This document shows, one piece after another, positions 23,631 through 32,000 of a DNA stretch of 32,000 nt. Origin of the DNA: Nostoc punctiforme PCC 73102 (lineage in GTDB: Bacteria > Cyanobacteriota > Cyanobacteriia > Cyanobacteriales > Nostocaceae). The position numbers were made by a program, and so were the translations under genes. Under the pieces are notes generated by a model. That model saw nothing but the letters and a program-made list of their open reading frames with translations, had not been told where the DNA came from and did not search any database. Position 1 is the first letter of the stretch, and every line of letters starts with the position of its first letter. Where the stretch lies: contig NC_010628.1 in the NCBI RefSeq assembly GCF_000020025.1, positions 6,210,001-6,242,000 on the forward strand. Reading direction: 5' to 3'.

Positions 23631-24776
23631 ATGAATGAATTACAAGCAATTTTAGAAGGCTTTGAATCCAGTCAAGAAAGTGGTGAAATCACTTTTCTTG
23701 CAACTGTAGTTAAAACTCAAGGTTCAACCTATCGCCGACCTGGTGCTAAAATGTTTATGACAAATACAGGTCGGACGATTGGAACAATCAGTGCTGGTTG
23801 CTTAGAGAATGACGTATTTGAGTATACTCAGCAACGAATGTCAGACGGCAAACCAATTCTTGTTACTTACGATCGCACCGCCTCTGAAGATATTCTTTGG
23901 GGTTTTGGTTTAGGGTGCAATGGGGTAGTACAAGTTCTCATCGAACGGCTTGAGAGAAAAAGCATACCCAATGCGATCGCTTTTACACAAGAGTGCTTTC
24001 ATAAAAAACATTTGGGTATTATTGCTACAGTCTTTGCTTTTGAAGGCGAGGTAGATGTGGAACTTGGGTCGCGCTTACTGCTCTATCCAAATGGTAAAAT
24101 TGTCACTGACATTAAAGATCAATATTTAATTCAATCTCTGAGCGCAGATACTCAAGCGGCCTTTGTTAATCAAAAGCCAAGCGTCAACAACTATCAGTTA
24201 CCTTTCGGCAGTGCAGAAGTTTTCATCGAAGTCATTCAACCACCCACACCTTTAGTAATATTTGGTGCAGGTTATGGCGCTGTACCCATAGCAAAGTTTG
24301 CTCAAGCATTAGGTTGGGATGTTACTGTAGTTGATTGTCGAGCTAATGACACAACTAGAGCGCGATTTCCTTTAGCTTGTGATGTGATCCTTAGCAATCG
24401 ATACATTATACATAAACAGATTTTTATAGATGTTCAAACAATAGCTGTAGTGATGACGCATAATTATCTTGACGATCTAGAAATTTTAAAGATGATGCTA
24501 CCATCGCCTGCACGTTATATTGGCGTTTTAGGAACAAAGTATCGCACAGAAAGATTGCTGGAAGATTTATCCATCAAAGGGATAGTTCCTACTAGTGAAC
24601 AATTAAATAGATTGTATAGTCCTGTTGGTATTGATATCGGTGCAGAGACACCAGAAGAAATAGCGATCGCCATCATTGCAGAAATTCAAGCAGTGCTGAA
24701 AAACCGCAATAGTAATTTTTTAAAAAATCGTAATCAACCAATTCATAAAAGTTATCAAGACAATTTTAATTTGTGA
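23631..24776 (+). CDS. XdhC/CoxI-family molybdenum cofactor insertion/sulfuration chaperone (PaoD-like)
   Basis: 381 aa. N-terminal XdhC_CoxI LATVVKTQGSTYRRPGAKMF..GTISAGCLE and Rossmann part LVIFGAGYGAVPIAKFAQALGWDVTVVDCR. Confidence 0.85.
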   Translation: MNELQAILEGFESSQESGEITFLATVVKTQGSTYRRPGAKMFMTNTGRTIGTISAGCLENDVFEYTQQRMSDGKPILVTYDRTASEDILWGFGLGCNGVVQVLIERLERKSIPNAIAFTQECFHKKHLGIIATVFAFEGEVDVELGSRLLLYPNGKIVTDIKDQYLIQSLSADTQAAFVNQKPSVNNYQLPFGSAEVFIEVIQPPTPLVIFGAGYGAVPIAKFAQALGWDVTVVDCRANDTTRARFPLACDVILSNRYIIHKQIFIDVQTIAVVMTHNYLDDLEILKMMLPSPARYIGVLGTKYRTERLLEDLSIKGIVPTSEQLNRLYSPVGIDIGAETPEEIAIAIIAEIQAVLKNRNSNFLKNRNQPIHKSYQDNFNL

Positions 24777-25096
24777 CTAGCTACATAGTGCTTATCTGTT
24801 ATGATATTCACCCATAAGCAATATAGAAACTGAAACATCAAGCATAGCTATTATTCTTGTGGCGGGTACAGCAAAAAACCTGTTGCTTGATTAATGATGT
24901 CGTTTTTTGCATCACATTGCAGAAATTGCGATTGTCGCTTCAGTTTGTAACCTGTGGTAATCGAATGTCCTTGAAGTTAATTTTTCGATTGCTTGATGTT
25001 CATCATGATGTATTTACTGCTTATAAAGCCAATTTGGTCTACATTTTTGTTTAAGTCCCAATAGGATTTCTATATGCAAAAAAAGGTAGTGTTGCG

Positions 25097-27460
25097 ATGA
25101 GAATCTTGCTGATCGAAGATGATGAAGTTTTAGCGAGTGTTTTGTTGCAGTCTCTTACCCAACAACACTATGCTGTTGAAATAGCAGAAGATGGACAAAT
25201 TGGTTGGGAATATGCCCAAGCTACGAACTACGACCTGATATTAACAGATGTGGTACTGCCGAAGCTGGATGGTATTACTTTATGCCAGCGCTTACGTTCT
25301 AATGGCTGTTCCACTCCTATTTTATTGATCACAGCAAAAGATGAAACTAGCGATCGCATTCGTGGACTTGATGCTGGTGCAGATGATTATCTAATTAAAC
25401 CTTTAAATTTAAGAGAACTTCAAGCAAGAGTACGCGCTTTGCTACGTCGCGGCGATACTCCCCGTCCTCCAGTGCTAGAAGTTGGAGCATTGCGTTTAGA
25501 TCCAAGTATTTGCGAGGTAACATACGACAATCAAGTTCTGGATTTGACACCTAAAGAATATAGTCTGCTGGAAATATTACTGCGGAATCCATTGCGGGTT
25601 TTTAGTCGGGGAGATATTATCGAACATCTCTGGACTTTTGACGATCCACCCCAAGAGGAAACCGTGAAGTCTCATATTAAGGGGTTACGACACAAGTTGA
25701 AAGTAGTTGGAGCCGTAGACTGGATTGAAAACGTTTATGGTTTGGGATATCGCTTAAAATCCCAAAAAACTACTAGTAGTGGAAATAGCAAAAAAGAAAT
25801 AACTCAAAAAAATCCAGTTCAAAATTCTTCCACAACCGATACCTCTCCATCCGTTGAACAGCAGTTTAAGCAAGCAATGAATGGGCTGTGGAGTCAATAC
25901 CAGGGGTTAATGACACAACGAATGGAGGTATTGCAACAAGCAGCAGCAGAACTCTCTAGCGGCACACTAACTATAAAATTACGTAATTCGGCTGAACGGG
26001 AAGCGCATAAGCTAGCTGGTGTTTTGGGAATGTTTGAGCAAGAAACAGGAACTCAAATAGCACGGAAAATTGAACAGATTTTAGCCAAAGATGGAGAGTT
26101 ATTGGCAGCCCAAAAACGCCGACTGATATCGCTGATACAAGAGTTAGGCGAATTGTTAAACTTAATGGCACAAAAGCTAGTAGATAAAACTGCTACCTCG
26201 ATTGAGGAAGAGATAAGTTCTAAGTTACTGCTGATTGACCCTGATTTACAACTGGGTTCACAGTTGCAACAAGTAGCATATTCTATGGGAATGCGTTGGC
26301 AGCAAATAACAACGTTAGAAGCTGCAAAAAACTTCTTGCAAACCACATCACCAGATTTAGTAGTGCTAAATGTAGATGAGATAGGGCAGCGAGAGGAAAC
26401 TTTAGCATTGATGGTGGACTTAGCAACACACACCCCTCCTATACCTGTTCTGGCGCTTGCTGTTAACGATCGACTAGTAGATCGTGTAACTTTGGCTCAG
26501 TCTGGGGCGCGGGGTTTTCTCCTCAAGCCTGTCGCTGCAAGTCAAGTTTGGGAAACTGCCTCACAAATCTTACAGTTTACCCGTTCTTTAAAAGTAAATG
26601 TATTAGTCGTTGATGATGACCCGCTTATTTTAGCCGCACTAGGCCCAATGTTAGAACCTTGGGGAATGCGAATCACCGGATTGGACGATCCCCTACGTTT
26701 CTGGGAAGTATTACAATCTACTGCACCAGATTTGTTGATTTTGGATGTGGAAATGCCTCACATCAGTGGTATAGAACTTTGCCAGGCAGTTCGCACAGAT
26801 CCGCAATGGCAGGAATTGCCAATTGTATTTCTGACGGCTCACCGAGAGATGGAAACGGTGCAGCAGGTGTTTGCTGCTGGGGGAGATGATTATGTGGTTA
26901 AACCTGTTGTGGGGGCAGAATTGCTGGCCAGGATTACCCATCGCTTAGAACGCAGCCGCCTACTACAGTCGCTCTCTACCAAAGATCCCTTAACGGGACT
27001 GGCAAATCAATTTCAGTCTAGCCGCGACTTACAGCGCCTGATTGCTCAAGCCGAAAAAAATCAGCGATCGCTTTGCTTGGTGATATTGCATATCAGCGAT
27101 TTACGCCAAATTAATATCCAGTACGGCCATGAGGCTGGTAATCAAGTATTACAACGATGGAGTCGGCTATTTCAATCAGCATTTTGCAGTGGTGAAATAT
27201 TGGGCTATTGGGGGAACGGAGAATTTGTGGTGGGAATTTCTGGGTTTACTGAAACAGAAGTGACAGTAGACACAGAGCAGCTTGTCGTCAAACATCGCCT
27301 CAATGAAATTTTAATTAAGCTTCGCCAGCAAGTATTTACAGCTTCAAATGGCGATCGCTTCCAGGTAACTTGTAACTTTGCTGTGGTTGAGTATCCTAAT
27401 GATGGACTAAACTTACAATCTTTATACCAAGTTGCTAATTCTATGTTGAAGCAGAGCTAA
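25097..27460 (+). CDS. Multidomain response regulator: REC, OmpR-type winged helix, Hpt, REC (Asn at phosphoacceptor site), REC, degenerate GGDEF (GNGEF)
   Basis: REC1 MRILLIEDDE..LILTDVVLP..LLITAK..YLIKP. wHTH LTPKEYSLLEIL..GLGYRL. Hpt AHKLAGVLGMF (H304, nt 26006-26008). REC2 DLVVLNVDE (N425). REC3 VLVVDDD..LLILDVEMP..FLTAH..YVVKP. GGDEF region with GNGEF at 27212-27226. Confidence 0.9.
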   Translation: MRILLIEDDEVLASVLLQSLTQQHYAVEIAEDGQIGWEYAQATNYDLILTDVVLPKLDGITLCQRLRSNGCSTPILLITAKDETSDRIRGLDAGADDYLIKPLNLRELQARVRALLRRGDTPRPPVLEVGALRLDPSICEVTYDNQVLDLTPKEYSLLEILLRNPLRVFSRGDIIEHLWTFDDPPQEETVKSHIKGLRHKLKVVGAVDWIENVYGLGYRLKSQKTTSSGNSKKEITQKNPVQNSSTTDTSPSVEQQFKQAMNGLWSQYQGLMTQRMEVLQQAAAELSSGTLTIKLRNSAEREAHKLAGVLGMFEQETGTQIARKIEQILAKDGELLAAQKRRLISLIQELGELLNLMAQKLVDKTATSIEEEISSKLLLIDPDLQLGSQLQQVAYSMGMRWQQITTLEAAKNFLQTTSPDLVVLNVDEIGQREETLALMVDLATHTPPIPVLALAVNDRLVDRVTLAQSGARGFLLKPVAASQVWETASQILQFTRSLKVNVLVVDDDPLILAALGPMLEPWGMRITGLDDPLRFWEVLQSTAPDLLILDVEMPHISGIELCQAVRTDPQWQELPIVFLTAHREMETVQQVFAAGGDDYVVKPVVGAELLARITHRLERSRLLQSLSTKDPLTGLANQFQSSRDLQRLIAQAEKNQRSLCLVILHISDLRQINIQYGHEAGNQVLQRWSRLFQSAFCSGEILGYWGNGEFVVGISGFTETEVTVDTEQLVVKHRLNEILIKLRQQVFTASNGDRFQVTCNFAVVEYPNDGLNLQSLYQVANSMLKQS

Positions 27461-27461
27461 A

Positions 27462-27489
27462 AGGCAATAGGAAAGAAGGCTTTTTGAGT
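27462..27489. repeat. Fragment of the MITE-like family (AGGCAATAGGAAAGAAGGCTTTTTGAGT)
   Basis: Matches 15046-15070 and 7126-7147 over the GGAAAGAAGGCTTTTTGA core, then diverges. It lies directly after the response-regulator stop. Confidence 0.6.
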
Positions 27490-27627
27490 ATTGGGTAAAG
27501 GATGTATTCAAAACCTTTCCCCTTTCCCCTTTAACCCTCAATGATGCTGATAACCGTATTGATGCTGTAACATTTAAAGGCAGTATGTAGTTTTGCTATG
27601 GTTAAATATCTTAACGATTAACTATAG

Positions 27628-32000
<4,373 letters not shown>

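Noticed and set aside
24857-25054. ORF 24857-25054(+), 65 aa, in the gap before the response regulator
   Set aside because: TTG start, no RBS, Cys/Leu/Phe-rich AT-biased translation, no motif. It is more likely promoter/leader DNA.
27493-27522. Hairpin GGGTAAAGG..CCTTTCCCC after the response-regulator stop, considered as a terminator
   Set aside because: The stem has a mismatch and a 12-nt loop, and the U-tract is only 3 nt. It is also part of a repeat fragment, so it is too weak to call.

Overview
The window looks like chromosomal DNA from a filamentous, Nostocales-type cyanobacterium (Nostoc/Anabaena-like). Evidence for this: the HIP1 octamer GCGATCGC recurs throughout (e.g. 1349-1356, 3104-3111); STRR-like heptamer arrays fill almost every intergenic gap; and the gene content is cyanobacterial (CRR6-like, DUF760, REC-DUF3685, FurC-like Fur paralog). 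I support 24 protein-coding genes. No rRNA, tRNA or CRISPR was recognised. Most genes are housekeeping: phytol-kinase-like, ispD, scpB, GT9, HtrA protease, LysM-M23 peptidase. Four regions stand out. (1) A stand-alone NACHT/STAND NTPase with a pentapeptide-repeat C-terminus and an unassigned N-terminal domain is divergently paired with a REC-DUF3685 protein. The pair is bracketed by direct copies of a ~78-bp composite repeat. (2) A translationally coupled, Tat-exported PaoABC-type molybdenum aldehyde oxidoreductase operon is separated from its XdhC-type maturation gene by ~4.5 kb. That gap holds an orphan gene and a three-gene cassette (DJ-1/PfpI, DUF4142 lipoprotein, Tat-exported Gfo/Idh/MocA). 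The cassette is bounded by two related arrays of 8 x 21 bp. (3) A third, unrelated array of 14 x 21 bp lies between convergent genes at the left edge. (4) A signalling pair: one 787-aa polypeptide with REC-wHTH-Hpt-REC-REC-degenerate GGDEF, followed by a very large soluble multi-PAS/GAF histidine kinase that runs off the window. Several small dispersed repeat families (MITE-like, foldback) are present; some supply gene termini or sit in-frame inside a CDS. All family calls come from motif recognition by eye; no searches were run.
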